Below are positions 19,494-28,071 of a stretch of 64,000 nt of DNA, one piece after another. The stretch spans positions 6,542 to 70,541 of the forward strand of contig JAZOPT010000036.1 of the NCBI GenBank assembly GCA_045655725.1. Direction: 5' to 3'. A program made the position numbers and the translations under genes. Each line of letters begins with the position of its first letter. Position 1 is the first letter of the stretch. Under the pieces are notes generated by a model. The model saw only the letters and a list, made by a program, of their open reading frames with translations, searched no databases and was not told the DNA's origin. Origin of the DNA: Candidatus Scatosoma sp. (GTDB lineage: Bacteria; Bacillota; Clostridia; Christensenellales; Borkfalkiaceae).

Positions 19494-20639
19494 ATGGTAA
19501 AAAAGGGAATAAACGGACTTGCTTTGTCGCATACTTATTGCATGGACAAGAAATCGCAAACAATAACGGCACTCACGAAAGACAAGGCAAAGCAAGCGAC
19601 GAGGGTAGGCGTAAATGGTTGTACAGACAAACAGACGGCGTTCGGTGTGGTGTTATCCCCGCAGGACGCGGAGGAATACCGCTTGTATAAACGTCGTAAA
19701 CGCCAAGGAGAGATCGCCGCGGCAATCGCCGCTTCGGAGGGAACGCTAATGCACGGCGAGGACGTACAGCGCGTATGTGAGCGTGCTTGCCGATTAAAAC
19801 AGCGCGCAGTGAAATTGCCCCTTTCCAAAATGACCCAAGCCGCCTATTACCTTTCGGGCAGCAGAGTGGGCTTGGATTGCGTGGTGGGCGGCAGCGGCGA
19901 AACGCTTGCCAAGGTAAAGGCGTACGAAGCAAAACAGGCGGTAAAGCGCAAGGCTTCGGAAATTACCGTGCCGATTACTCCCTCCCTTTTGGATTGTTGC
20001 AGATACAGTGAAATTAAGCGAGAATTAAAACGGGTAATTCGTGCGGCGGGCAAAGCGGCGGTAAAGGTGCGATTGGAGGCAAATAAGATCACGACTCCGT
20101 ACGTGCGCGTGGCGCGGATTGCCTGCGAAGTGGGGGCGCGCTTTTTCTCCGTTCCTTATTTCAAGGGGTGCGAGGGGTTCTGTTTAGAACTTACAGGCGG
20201 GTGTAAATTAGAGGTAACGGGCGTGGAAACCACGGAGGATTTTCAACGCCTGACGGCGGCGGGAGTGGGTAGAATCGTAACCCACCGCGCGTTGGAGATT
20301 TATACGCAATGGGTAAAGGAAGCCGACGAGGAAACGCTTTCTATTTTTGCCAATCAAACACCCGTAGCGGAAAACGATTCCGCTTCCCCTCCTACTCAAA
20401 CGCTTGAAAATTCGACTGAAAATTCGGCTGAAAATCCGCCCGAAAATCCGCAACCTGAGCAACCTGTTTCGCCTACGCCCGACGGCGAAAAGCCGTCCGA
20501 CGAATGGATTGTTCCCGCCGACCCCAATGCCCCGCGGGAAGTAAATACTGCCACGCCGACGACGGTGGATACGGCGGTGCATAATCCCGAAACGGAATAC
20601 TGTTGCCGTTTGGAGGGTACGCAACTGAAATTTTTGTAA
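19494..20639 (+). CDS. DeoC-like (aldolase TIM-barrel-like) protein with Pro-rich repetitive C-terminus
   Basis: The central region follows the DeoC layout (CVVGGSGET...EITVPI...VKVRLEAN...GARFF...) but without the canonical FVKTSTG Lys motif. Tail ENSTENSAENPPENPQPEQP. Start uncertain (19494 or 19542). Confidence 0.5.
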   Translation: MVKKGINGLALSHTYCMDKKSQTITALTKDKAKQATRVGVNGCTDKQTAFGVVLSPQDAEEYRLYKRRKRQGEIAAAIAASEGTLMHGEDVQRVCERACRLKQRAVKLPLSKMTQAAYYLSGSRVGLDCVVGGSGETLAKVKAYEAKQAVKRKASEITVPITPSLLDCCRYSEIKRELKRVIRAAGKAAVKVRLEANKITTPYVRVARIACEVGARFFSVPYFKGCEGFCLELTGGCKLEVTGVETTEDFQRLTAAGVGRIVTHRALEIYTQWVKEADEETLSIFANQTPVAENDSASPPTQTLENSTENSAENPPENPQPEQPVSPTPDGEKPSDEWIVPADPNAPREVNTATPTTVDTAVHNPETEYCCRLEGTQLKFL

Positions 20640-20727
20640 TTATGATAAGGAGCAAAGTAAGAACGGAGCAAGTCGAACACGGCTTGCTCCGTTCATATTT
20701 ACATATAACACAGCATAGGATAAAGGT

Positions 20728-21459
20728 ATGAAAAGCAATACGAAAAGCAATATAAAAAGCGCGATTTTTGCGATATCCATGGCGGTAATTATGGGGTTTG
20801 TTACGGCGTTGGCGTTGTGCGTACAGGCGTTACGAGCTCCAAAGGCGGTGTTTTCGGCGGCGGACGCGGGAATGCGAGTGGTGGTAGATGCAGGGCACGG
20901 CGGCATAGACGGCGGCGTGGTAGGCAGAAAAACGGGCGTTAAGGAAAGCGACCTCAATTTATCCATTTCGCGCAAAACGGCGTTAGTGTTGGAAGATATG
21001 GGCTTTGCCGTTACGCAAACGCGCAAAACGGAAGCGGGTCTGTACGGAACGGCGGCAAAAGGCTTCAAAAAGCGGGATATGCAAAAACGCAAAGAGATTA
21101 TCGCGGAGGCAGACCCTGCTTTGCTCTTGTCTGTGCATCAAAATTTCTATCCTACCCAAATGACCCGCGGAGCGCAAGTTTTTTATGCAAAAAAGGACGA
21201 AAATTCCAAGCGGTTGGCGCTTTGCTTGCAGACAAAGCTCAATGGGTTATACGCGGAAGAGGGGGTGAAAGCGCGGACGGCGAAAACGGGCGAGTTTTTC
21301 ATGCTTACCTGTGCCGACTGTCCGTCGGTGATTGTGGAATGCGGTTTTTTATCCAACGTTGCGGACGAGAAGCTACTTTGCAGCGACGTGTGGCAGCGGC
21401 GGTTGGCGGAGGCGATTGCGGGGGGTGTAATAGCCTACCTCTCCGATAGTATGGCTTGA
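20728..21459 (+). CDS. cwlD: N-acetylmuramoyl-L-alanine amidase, CwlD-like (spore cortex)
   Basis: Signal anchor, VVVDAGHGGIDGG, LLLSVHQNFYP, GAQVFY, ECGFLSN. Confidence 0.88.
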   Translation: MKSNTKSNIKSAIFAISMAVIMGFVTALALCVQALRAPKAVFSAADAGMRVVVDAGHGGIDGGVVGRKTGVKESDLNLSISRKTALVLEDMGFAVTQTRKTEAGLYGTAAKGFKKRDMQKRKEIIAEADPALLLSVHQNFYPTQMTRGAQVFYAKKDENSKRLALCLQTKLNGLYAEEGVKARTAKTGEFFMLTCADCPSVIVECGFLSNVADEKLLCSDVWQRRLAEAIAGGVIAYLSDSMA

Positions 21460-21478
21460 TTTTATAAACGGCGCATCT

Positions 21479-21545
21479 CTGCGTTGCGCTACGTTTTCCT
21501 TGCTCACGTACGAAAGTACGCTCCCGGCGGAAAGCCTCGCGCGCC
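21479..21545 (+). repeat. Intergenic repeat, copy 1 (diverged module 2 with GAAA-tetraloop hairpin)
   Basis: CTGCGTTGCGCTACGTTTTCCTTGCTCACGTACGAAAGTACGCTCCCGGCGGAAAGCCTCGCGCGCC; hairpin CGTAC-GAAA-GTACG at 21507-21520. Confidence 0.85.
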
Positions 21546-21595
21546 TTGACCTGCTTGTTTCTAAAATCAAGCGACTTACTTCCGCGGTTTACGCA

Positions 21596-21662
21596 CTGCG
21601 TTGCGCTGCGTTTTCCTTGCTTACGTACGAAAGTACGCTCCCGACGGAAAGCCTCGCGCGCA
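21596..21662 (+). repeat. Intergenic repeat, copy 2 (117-bp period)
   Basis: Three mismatches relative to copy 1 over about 66 nt; hairpin CGTAC-GAAA-GTACG at 21624-21637. Confidence 0.85.
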
Positions 21663-21720
21663 TTCTTTTGCATTTTCCTCCAAGATATACGCAACACCAA
21701 GAAAAGATTTGCAAAAGTGC

Positions 21721-21749
21721 TTGTCATTTTTCTCCCGTTGTGCTATAAT
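21721..21749 (+). promoter_or_regulatory. Sigma-70-type promoter of mrnC-rlmB-sigH
   Basis: TTGTCA (21721-21726), 17-nt spacer, TATAAT (21744-21749). Confidence 0.6.
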
Positions 21750-21779
21750 ATAAGGAAGTAAATAGCGAGGGAAAGCAGT

Positions 21780-22214
21780 ATGCAGAAAATCGGCGCGATA
21801 ACGGAAACGGAAGCGGGACTTATCAGCCCCGTTGTTCTTGCGTTCTTGGGGGACGCCGTGTATTCGCTTTGGGTACGGGAACGGCTGGTGCGTTCGGGTG
21901 CGGGAAGCGCGGCAGACTTTCAACGCGCTGCGTCCAAGGTGGAGTCGGCACGCGGTCAAAGCGCGTACTTGGAGAAGATATTGCCCCTGTTTACCGAGCG
22001 GGAAGAGGAAATTTACCGCCGTGGCAGAAACGCGAAAAAGGGCACGAAAAGCAAAAATGCAGGCGCGGTGGAATATAACCGCTCGACGGGGTTTGAGGCG
22101 GTGCTTGGATATTTGCATTTGACGGGGAATAGCGAGCGTATAGAACAGCTTTTATCTGTCATAGACGAAGCGGATTTGAAAGGACAAGCCGCCGCAACCT
22201 ATTTCAAGCCCTAA
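21780..22214 (+). CDS. mrnC: Mini-ribonuclease 3
   Basis: LAFLGDAVYSLWVRERL RNase III-like signature in a 144-aa protein; conserved mrnC-rlmB-sigH neighbourhood. Confidence 0.9.
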   Translation: MQKIGAITETEAGLISPVVLAFLGDAVYSLWVRERLVRSGAGSAADFQRAASKVESARGQSAYLEKILPLFTEREEEIYRRGRNAKKGTKSKNAGAVEYNRSTGFEAVLGYLHLTGNSERIEQLLSVIDEADLKGQAAATYFKP

Positions 22215-22280
22215 TTTCAAACCCTAAAAAATCTTACTTTCAAACTCTGAAATTTACGATACGACAAAAAGGAACAAGAC

Positions 22281-23003
22281 ATGAAAACGGAAGGCAGAAA
22301 CGCTGTTATAGAGCTGTTAAAAACGGACAAAAATATCGATAAAATCCTGTTGGAAAAGGGAGCGCAAGGCTCGCTTGGACTCATTTTCGCGGAAGCGCGC
22401 AAAAAGGGAGTACGGGTGCAGTTTGTGGATAAACGCGCGTTGGACAAGGAGAGCGAATCTCGCCGCCACCAAGGCGTTATCGCGTTTACCACCGATTACG
22501 AATATTACGATTTAGAGGATATTATCGCCGAAAAAAAGCAGGAAAATAACGGCTTTGTCGTGCTTTGCGACGGCATAGAGGACGTGCATAATTTGGGCAG
22601 CATTTTGCGAGTAGCAGAGTGTGCAGGCGCGGATGGCGTGGTAATTCCCCGTTCGGGAAGCGCAAGCGTTACGGAAAGCGTTATCCGCATTTCCGCAGGC
22701 GCGGCAGAGCATATCAAGGTTGCCAAGGTATCCAATCTCAATCAAGCGGTGGAAACGCTGCAAAAAAACGGGTATTGGGTGTATGCGTTGGAAGCGGGCG
22801 GCGAGGATATTTATCGGCAAAATTTCCAGGGCAACGTTGCGCTTATCGTCGGCGGCGAGGACAGCGGCGTGAAGCGGCTTACCAAAGAAAAATGCGACAA
22901 AACGGTGTCTTTGCCGTTGCAGGGAAAGGTCAATTCGTTAAACGCCTCGGTGGCTCTAGGAATAGCGGCGTACGAGGTACTGAAAACGCGCTTGGGCAAA
23001 TAG
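22281..23003 (+). CDS. rlmB: 23S rRNA (guanosine-2'-O)-methyltransferase RlmB (TrmH/SpoU family)
   Basis: SpoU substrate-binding N-terminus, then NLGSILRVAECAG, LIVGGEDSGV and SLNASVA SPOUT motifs. Confidence 0.9.
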   Translation: MKTEGRNAVIELLKTDKNIDKILLEKGAQGSLGLIFAEARKKGVRVQFVDKRALDKESESRRHQGVIAFTTDYEYYDLEDIIAEKKQENNGFVVLCDGIEDVHNLGSILRVAECAGADGVVIPRSGSASVTESVIRISAGAAEHIKVAKVSNLNQAVETLQKNGYWVYALEAGGEDIYRQNFQGNVALIVGGEDSGVKRLTKEKCDKTVSLPLQGKVNSLNASVALGIAAYEVLKTRLGK

Positions 23004-23011
23004 GTAGGTAT

Positions 23012-23602
23012 ATGAGCGAAGAAAAATACGTCAATTTAACCCAGCAGACGGACGAAGCGTTGGCTTTTCTTTCGCAATCGGGCAACAGTCAAGCCACAGA
23101 CGTGCTGTTAAATCGGTACGCCGATTTCGTGCGCGGCAGAGCCCGCCGCTTCTTCTTGGTAGGCGGTGAATCGGAAGATTTGATTCAAGAGGGGCTTATG
23201 GGTCTGTTTTCGGCGATTCAGAGCTATAAAACGGAAGAAACGGATAAAAGCTTCAAAAATTTCGCGTATATGTGCGTGTCGAACAAGCTCATTGACGCGG
23301 TAAAGCGTTCGACAAGCAAGAAAAATCAGCCGCTCAACGACAGCATTTCCGAACAGATTGCAGACGCGTTTACCTCGCCTGCGCTCAGTCCCGAAGACGT
23401 TATTATCTTCATGGACGAAAGCCTTGAAATTCAGCAAAAAATGGGCGCACTGCTTTCCGATTTCGAGTTTAAGATTTTTACTATGTACATGGGCGGAATG
23501 TCGTGTGCGGAGATATGCAACACCACGGGCAAGCCGCAAAAGAGCGTGGATAACGCCGTACAGAGAAGCAAACGCAAGCTGTTAAAGTCGTTTGGTAAAT
23601 AA
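23012..23602 (+). CDS. sigH: RNA polymerase sigma factor, SigH-like
   Basis: Sigma-70 region 2 (EDLIQEGLMGLFSAIQSY) and region 4 (MSCAEICNTTGKPQKSVDNAVQRSKRKL). ATG at 23012; the ORF-track extension into rlmB is rejected. Confidence 0.85.
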   Translation: MSEEKYVNLTQQTDEALAFLSQSGNSQATDVLLNRYADFVRGRARRFFLVGGESEDLIQEGLMGLFSAIQSYKTEETDKSFKNFAYMCVSNKLIDAVKRSTSKKNQPLNDSISEQIADAFTSPALSPEDVIIFMDESLEIQQKMGALLSDFEFKIFTMYMGGMSCAEICNTTGKPQKSVDNAVQRSKRKLLKSFGK

Positions 23603-23671
23603 AAATACGCCTTTGCGCGGGTTTAGATTATATTGCATTGGCGAAACGAAAGAAACAAAAAGGAGAAAGAA

Positions 23672-25483
23672 ATGGCGTACTTGGCATTATACCGTACGTT
23701 TAGACCTACCACTTTAAGCGACGTGGTACGGCAAGAACATATCGTTACGGTGCTCAAAAACCAAATCGCGACGGGTAGGATAGGACACGCTTACCTGTTT
23801 TGCGGTCCGCGCGGTACGGGGAAAACGAGTATCGCGAAAATTTTCGCGGCGGCAATCAACTGCGAGCAGCCCAAAGACGGCTCGCCTTGCGGGAAGTGCG
23901 CGGCGTGTAAAGCGCTTTCCGACCCCTCTAACCTCGATATATCTGAAATAGACGCGGCGTCCAACAACGGCGTGGACGAAATGCGCGATTTACGCGAAAA
24001 AGTGCAATATCCCCCCGTTGCGGGTAAATACAAAGTATATATCATCGACGAAGTGCATATGCTTTCGACGGGAGCATTTAACGCTCTTTTGAAAACGCTG
24101 GAAGAGCCGCCCACGCACGCGGTGTTTATTCTTGCCACCACCGAGAGCGCGAAGATTCCCGCCACCATTTTATCCCGCTGTATGCGGTTCGATTTTAAGC
24201 TGATACCGCAAGAGGATTTGGAAGCGCGGCTTCGTTACGTGTTCGACAGTATCGGAAAAACGTACGAAGAGGAGGCGATTGCAGCGATTGCCCGCGCAGG
24301 TGCGGGGAGTGTGCGTGATATGCTCTCTATTGCCGATACCTGCGTTTCCTATACGGGCGGGAAGCTGACCTATCAGGACGTAACTTCCGTTCTCGGTACA
24401 GCCGATTTTGACGGCGTGGCGGCGCTTTGCGAAGCGGCGTTACAAGGCAATGCGGGCGGGGCGTTTGAAAAAGCGGAAGCCTTCTTGTCTGCAGGCAAAA
24501 GTGTGGGAACGTTGATAAAGGACGTAATGAACTTTTTCCATTCCTGCACGGTGGCGAAAACCTGTCGGGATGGGAAATCTATTTTGGGTTTGCCCGATAC
24601 TACCTACGCAAAAGTGCAAGCGATTGCTCGCGCAACGGACGGACGGCAGCTGCTCCGCGCAACGGAGATTTTTGCGGAAGCGGAACAGACGTTGAAATAT
24701 TCCACCTCTCCGCGAATCGTGTTTGAAACGGCGGTAATGAAGGCAAGTATGCCCCACACCGATTATGATATGGAAGCTCTGCTTGCGCGTATAACGCAAT
24801 TAGAAAACCGCATTACACAGGGCAATTTTGCAACTTCTGCGGCTTCTGCGCCGACTGCTTCGGCGGCGGTATCAGCGGCACAGCCCGTTATGCAAGCGCA
24901 ACAAAAATACGACGAGCCGACCGTAGAAGAACAGTTCATGGACGAACCACCTATGGATATACCGCCTGACGAAGCGGAAACGGGAGGGAACGTGTATTTT
25001 GATGCTCCCCCGCCCCGTAGGGAAAAACCGACGGCGACAACTCCGTCCGTTGCACCCGCAGCACCTGCAACGCCCATAGCACCCGTAGCCCCCGTAGCGG
25101 CAGAGCCTACTGCGCCTGTTGCGCCCGCTCCGTCGGTAAAGCCCGTGCGCCCCATGCAAAAGGGGGATGCGAAATCGACGTTCGGAGCGTTTTTGCGTTG
25201 CTTGCGTAAGACGGGAAAAAGCGGCGTTCTGTTTACCATTTGTATGGATTTAGACAGCGGGTACGAGGGAGACGTATTCGTGCTTTATACGGACAGCGAC
25301 ACCATTTACCGTTCGCTGACCAAGCCCGAGCATTACGCTTTACTGAAAGACTCGTTTGCGGGAATCGGCATAGAGGAATCGGGGTTTGCAGTGCACCAGC
25401 GCGGCAAGCAGGCAGACGATTTTAATCAAAAGTTAGACGAAATTAAAAACACCTTTCAAGGTGTAAAAATAGACGTAAAATAA
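23672..25483 (+). CDS. dnaX: DNA polymerase III subunits gamma/tau
   Basis: YRTFRPTTLSDVVRQEHI, Walker A GPRGTGKTS, zinc module CxxCxxC, Pro/Ala-rich linker. Confidence 0.95.
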   Translation: MAYLALYRTFRPTTLSDVVRQEHIVTVLKNQIATGRIGHAYLFCGPRGTGKTSIAKIFAAAINCEQPKDGSPCGKCAACKALSDPSNLDISEIDAASNNGVDEMRDLREKVQYPPVAGKYKVYIIDEVHMLSTGAFNALLKTLEEPPTHAVFILATTESAKIPATILSRCMRFDFKLIPQEDLEARLRYVFDSIGKTYEEEAIAAIARAGAGSVRDMLSIADTCVSYTGGKLTYQDVTSVLGTADFDGVAALCEAALQGNAGGAFEKAEAFLSAGKSVGTLIKDVMNFFHSCTVAKTCRDGKSILGLPDTTYAKVQAIARATDGRQLLRATEIFAEAEQTLKYSTSPRIVFETAVMKASMPHTDYDMEALLARITQLENRITQGNFATSAASAPTASAAVSAAQPVMQAQQKYDEPTVEEQFMDEPPMDIPPDEAETGGNVYFDAPPPRREKPTATTPSVAPAAPATPIAPVAPVAAEPTAPVAPAPSVKPVRPMQKGDAKSTFGAFLRCLRKTGKSGVLFTICMDLDSGYEGDVFVLYTDSDTIYRSLTKPEHYALLKDSFAGIGIEESGFAVHQRGKQADDFNQKLDEIKNTFQGVKIDVK

Positions 25484-25524
25484 TAAAGGCTCTGTCGCAA
25501 CACTCGGTTGTTTTTTGCCTACAA

Positions 25525-25578
25525 AATGCTACGTAATACGGCGTATAAGACCTTGGTTGCGTACCACAGAGGGTACGC
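25525..25578 (+). repeat. Degenerate member of the intergenic element family (ATGCTACG box plus GTAC-type hairpin)
   Basis: AATGCTACG at 25525-25533; hairpin GCGTACC-ACAGAG-GGTACGC at 25559-25578, followed by GCCCGCGG. A second hairpin GCGTATTG-CAAG-CAATACGC lies at 25625-25644. Confidence 0.4.
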
Positions 25579-25698
25579 GCCCGCGGCATATACTTGTCTT
25601 ACTTGCATTTTATAACGGCAAAACGCGTATTGCAAGCAATACGCTAATCAACCGCTTGTTGTGCCATCGCCCAAAAATAGAATTGGAGGAAAAGTAAA

Positions 25699-26031
25699 AT
25701 GGCAGGATTCAAAGGCGGCAACAACAATATGCAAAACCTGATGCGCCAAGCGCAGAAAATGCAAGAGGAAATGGAAAAGACGGCAGAGCTTCTTGACGAT
25801 TGGGAAGTGGTAGGCACGGCGGCAGGCGAAGCGGTTGTTGTGTACATGAACGCGAAGAAAATTATCAACGGTATCGAATTGGACGAAAGTATCGTCGATC
25901 CCACGGACGTAGAAATGCTGGAAGACCTCATCATGGCAGCCATCAACGACGGTTACGCAAAAGCGGACAAGGTGTATGAAGAGAAGATGGGGAGATATGG
26001 GGATATGGGGGCTCTCGGCGGCATACTCTAA
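25699..26031 (+). CDS. ybaB: Nucleoid-associated protein YbaB/EbfC
   Basis: 110 aa; NMQNLMRQAQKMQEEMEK and the conserved dnaX-ybaB-recR order. Confidence 0.93.
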   Translation: MAGFKGGNNNMQNLMRQAQKMQEEMEKTAELLDDWEVVGTAAGEAVVVYMNAKKIINGIELDESIVDPTDVEMLEDLIMAAINDGYAKADKVYEEKMGRYGDMGALGGIL

Positions 26032-26360
26032 AAACAAAGAATATGCTACGCATTTCTACGTCAAGCTTGCGTTTCCCCTTGGTCATGTACGGGTAAGTAC
26101 ACTCCCTGCGGGGAAGCCGCGCTTTCCTTGAACTGCTTGCATCTTGCTTCGTTTTTCGGGTCAACAGGCTTGGGTGGAAACCAAACTTTCCGCCGTTTTT
26201 CGGGATAAAGAGCTTGCGAGGTAACCATCAGTCGGGATAATAGGCTTGTACGGTTACGAACAGTTGGGGCAATGAACAAGCGGGGTCACCCAACAGTAAA
26301 TTATCTCACGCAAGAAAGATAGAAAGGCTTGGGGGCGGCAACCTGCCGCGTCAGTGGCGA
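26029..26360 (+). repeat. Composite structured intergenic element (module-1 ends flanking module 2 and extra hairpins)
   Basis: It starts on the ybaB TAA with TAAAAACAAAGAATATGCTACG. A 64-nt block at 26097-26160 is identical to 60516-60579. It ends AGATAGAAAGGCTTG...TCAGTGGCGACCCGCCAC, as module 1 does. Confidence 0.8.
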
Positions 26361-26385
26361 CCCGCCACGTTGGAGGGAATAACAC

Positions 26386-26979
26386 ATGGAAATCTTTATC
26401 GAACCTATCGGAAAGCTCGTCAACGAGTTTTCTAAATTGCCGGGAGTCGGCAAAAAAACGGCGCAACGCTACGCCTATAAAATTATCGATATGTCAGAAT
26501 CGGAAGCGCGTGCGTTTGCGGACGCGATTTTGGGCGTGAAACGCAAGGTAAAATACTGCAAAATTTGCGGGAACTTCACCGAAGAGGACGAATGCGCTAT
26601 TTGCCGTGTTCGCGACAAAAGCGTTATCTGCGTAGTCAAAGAACCCAAAGACGTCGCCGCCATTGAAAAATTGCGCGAATTTAAGGGCGTATATCACGTT
26701 CTGCACGGCGTAATCGACCCGCTTGCGGGCGTAAGCCCCAACGATATCCGTATTCGTGAGCTGCTTGCCCGGATTCAAGAGGGTGGAGTGAAGGAAGTAA
26801 TTGTGGCAACCAACCCCGACGTATCGGGCGACGCTACGGCGATGTATCTTGCCAAGCTTATCAAGCCCTTGGATATCAAGGTTACGCGCCTTTCGCGCGG
26901 TATTCCCGTTGGTTCTGAAATAGAATACACCGACGACGTAACGCTTGCTCGTGCGTTTGTCGAAAGAAATCAGATATAA
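26386..26979 (+). CDS. recR: Recombination protein RecR
   Basis: HhH (LPGVGKKTAQR), Cys4 zinc finger (CKICGNF...CAIC), Toprim domain. Confidence 0.96.
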   Translation: MEIFIEPIGKLVNEFSKLPGVGKKTAQRYAYKIIDMSESEARAFADAILGVKRKVKYCKICGNFTEEDECAICRVRDKSVICVVKEPKDVAAIEKLREFKGVYHVLHGVIDPLAGVSPNDIRIRELLARIQEGGVKEVIVATNPDVSGDATAMYLAKLIKPLDIKVTRLSRGIPVGSEIEYTDDVTLARAFVERNQI

Positions 26980-27008
26980 AAAACACATATAAAAAAGGAG
27001 AATTTTTC

Positions 27009-27998
27009 ATGAAAATTTCCGTACTTGGTTGCGGGCGTTGGGGGTCGTTTATCGCTTGGTATCTTTGTAATCACGGTCATGACGTGTGTTCTTGGGGAGC
27101 CGAGGACGGATATTCGTATAAAGTCTTGAAAGAGACGGGCAAAAACGAATACGTTACGTTAGACAGTCGCATAAGTCTTACCTGCAACTTACAAGAAGCG
27201 ATAAACCACGCGGACGTCGTTATCATCTCCATTTCTTCGCAGGGCTTGCGCGGATTTATGCAACGCATTATGCAATACGACGTTGCCGATAAAAAGTTTG
27301 TGCTTTGCATGAAAGGGATTGAAGTGGCAACGGGCGCGCGGCTTTCCGAAGTGCTTACCCAAAGCGGTATCGATAAAAATAACGTGGCGGTGTGGGTAGG
27401 GCCTGGGCATATTCAGGCGTTTACGCAGGGCATTCCCAACTGTATGGTAATCGATTCTGCCAACGAAAAGCTGAAAAAGGAGCTTGCCGACAATTTCCGC
27501 AGCGACCTTATCCGATTCTATTACGGAAGCGACCTCATCGGCACGGAAATCGGCGCGGCGGCGAAAAACGTTATGGGTATCGTGGCGGGAGTGTTGGACG
27601 GTTGCGGTTACGCTTCCTTAAAAGGCTCGCTGATGTCCCGCGGAGCGCGTGAAGTGGCAAGGCTTATCAAAGCTATGGGCGGGAACGAGCTTTCCGCATA
27701 CGGTTTAGCGCATTTGGGCGACTACGAAGCCACGCTTTTCAGTGAATATTCGCACAACAGAACGTACGGCGAAATGCTGGTAAAGGGAGAGAAGTTTGCC
27801 AAGCTTGCGGAGGGAGTTCCGACGGCGGCGGCAATGAAAGCGTTGGGCGAAAAATATAACGTGGATTTGCCCATTACCTGCGCTGTTTACGAGATTTGTT
27901 ACGGCGAAAACGCGGCGGGCGAAACGTATAAACAGCGTTGCGAAAAAATGCTTTCCAAGCTGTTTGCCCGCGATACCAAATCGGAATTTTATTGTTGA
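27009..27998 (+). CDS. gpsA: NAD(P)H-dependent glycerol-3-phosphate dehydrogenase
   Basis: MKISVLGCGRWGS Rossmann start, with GPGHIQAF and AAKNVMGI motifs. Confidence 0.93.
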   Translation: MKISVLGCGRWGSFIAWYLCNHGHDVCSWGAEDGYSYKVLKETGKNEYVTLDSRISLTCNLQEAINHADVVIISISSQGLRGFMQRIMQYDVADKKFVLCMKGIEVATGARLSEVLTQSGIDKNNVAVWVGPGHIQAFTQGIPNCMVIDSANEKLKKELADNFRSDLIRFYYGSDLIGTEIGAAAKNVMGIVAGVLDGCGYASLKGSLMSRGAREVARLIKAMGGNELSAYGLAHLGDYEATLFSEYSHNRTYGEMLVKGEKFAKLAEGVPTAAAMKALGEKYNVDLPITCAVYEICYGENAAGETYKQRCEKMLSKLFARDTKSEFYC

Positions 27999-28015
27999 TA
28001 CAACCGTATAAAAGT

Positions 28016-28057
28016 AGCCCCGGGCTTTGAAAAAAACCAAAGCTCGGGGCTTTATTT
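28016..28057. terminator. Bidirectional rho-independent terminator
   Basis: 13-bp stem GCCCCGGGCTTTG / CAAAGCTCGGGGC with A/T runs on both sides; lies between convergent gpsA and the 28072-29640 gene. Confidence 0.8.
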
Positions 28058-28071
28058 ACGTTATATATGCC

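Noticed and set aside
21479-21662. Possible CRISPR array
   Set aside because: There are only two repeat copies of about 66 nt with a 117-bp period, and no cas genes. The repeats are homologous to dispersed intergenic elements.
26040-26060. Resemblance of GAATATGCTACGCATTTCTACG to the purine-riboswitch core (GGAUAUGGC...GUUUCUACC)
   Set aside because: The similarity covers only part of J1/2-P2-J2/3. There is no P1 or P3 and no CCGUAAA/ACUAUG partner. The other family copies diverge exactly here, and the downstream genes are unrelated to purine metabolism.
26032-26385. Possible SRP RNA, RNase P RNA, 6S RNA or tmRNA in the long ybaB-recR spacer (SRP RNA lies near dnaX in Bacillus)
   Set aside because: Hallmark motifs are absent on both strands: GAGGAAAGTCC and ACAGAA for RNase P, GGAAGCAGC for the SRP domain IV motif, and a tmRNA tag ORF or tRNA-like end. 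The spacer is instead built from repeats found elsewhere in the window.
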